Positions 63,895-64,000 of a stretch of 64,000 nucleotides of DNA are shown piece by piece. Each line of letters begins with the position of its first letter. Positions within the stretch are counted from its first letter, which is position 1. Position numbers and translations under genes: made by a program. The stretch covers positions 14,942,001 to 15,006,000 of the forward strand of contig CATNEN010000003.1 in NCBI GenBank assembly GCA_950097015.1, read 5' to 3'. Source of the DNA: Macrostomum hystrix. Its lineage: Eukaryota; Animalia; Platyhelminthes. The notes below the pieces were generated by a model. That model made no database searches. It was given only the letters and a program-made list of their open reading frames with translations, and was not told the DNA's origin.

Positions 63895-64000
63895 ATTTTA
63901 GAAATCCTCAATTCAGAAATCCTCATTTCAGAAATCCTCATTTCAGAAATCCTCATTTCAGAAATTCTCATTTCAGAAATCCTCATTTCAGAAATCCTCA
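63895..64000. repeat. 15 bp minisatellite TCAGAAATCCTCATT (runs off the window)
   Basis: Direct reading. Confidence 0.93.

Overview
Eukaryotic (metazoan) genomic DNA. AT-rich introns are packed with 15-49 bp minisatellites and the exons are GC-richer and Ala/Gln-rich. This style resembles a free-living flatworm such as Macrostomum, but that is inference only. Splice sites were read by hand to build eight protein-coding genes: rolling stone-like (+), an aaNAT-type GNAT (+), a secreted agrin-NtA-like protein (+, probably with an 11.3 kb intron and a GPI-type last exon), stomatin (-), FPGT (-), SEC24C/D (+), eIF4B-like (-) and the 3' half of a CDKL2/3 kinase (-). There is also an intact tRNA-Asp(GTC). 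Mobile DNA includes two tRNA-derived SINE families, an RTE-type LINE fragment inserted in a SINE (10-bp TSD), a solo LTR (4-bp TSD), two decayed Ty3/gypsy remnants, a P-superfamily element (8-bp TSD), two MITEs and Crypton-like pieces. The most unusual signal is a repeated hairpin linked to a Crypton/DUF3504-like recombinase fragment. It is built from DNA-specific motifs (GNA triloop, tandem GA/GA mismatches), which suggests a folded ssDNA substrate reminiscent of integron attC sites. No CRISPR or prokaryotic features are present.
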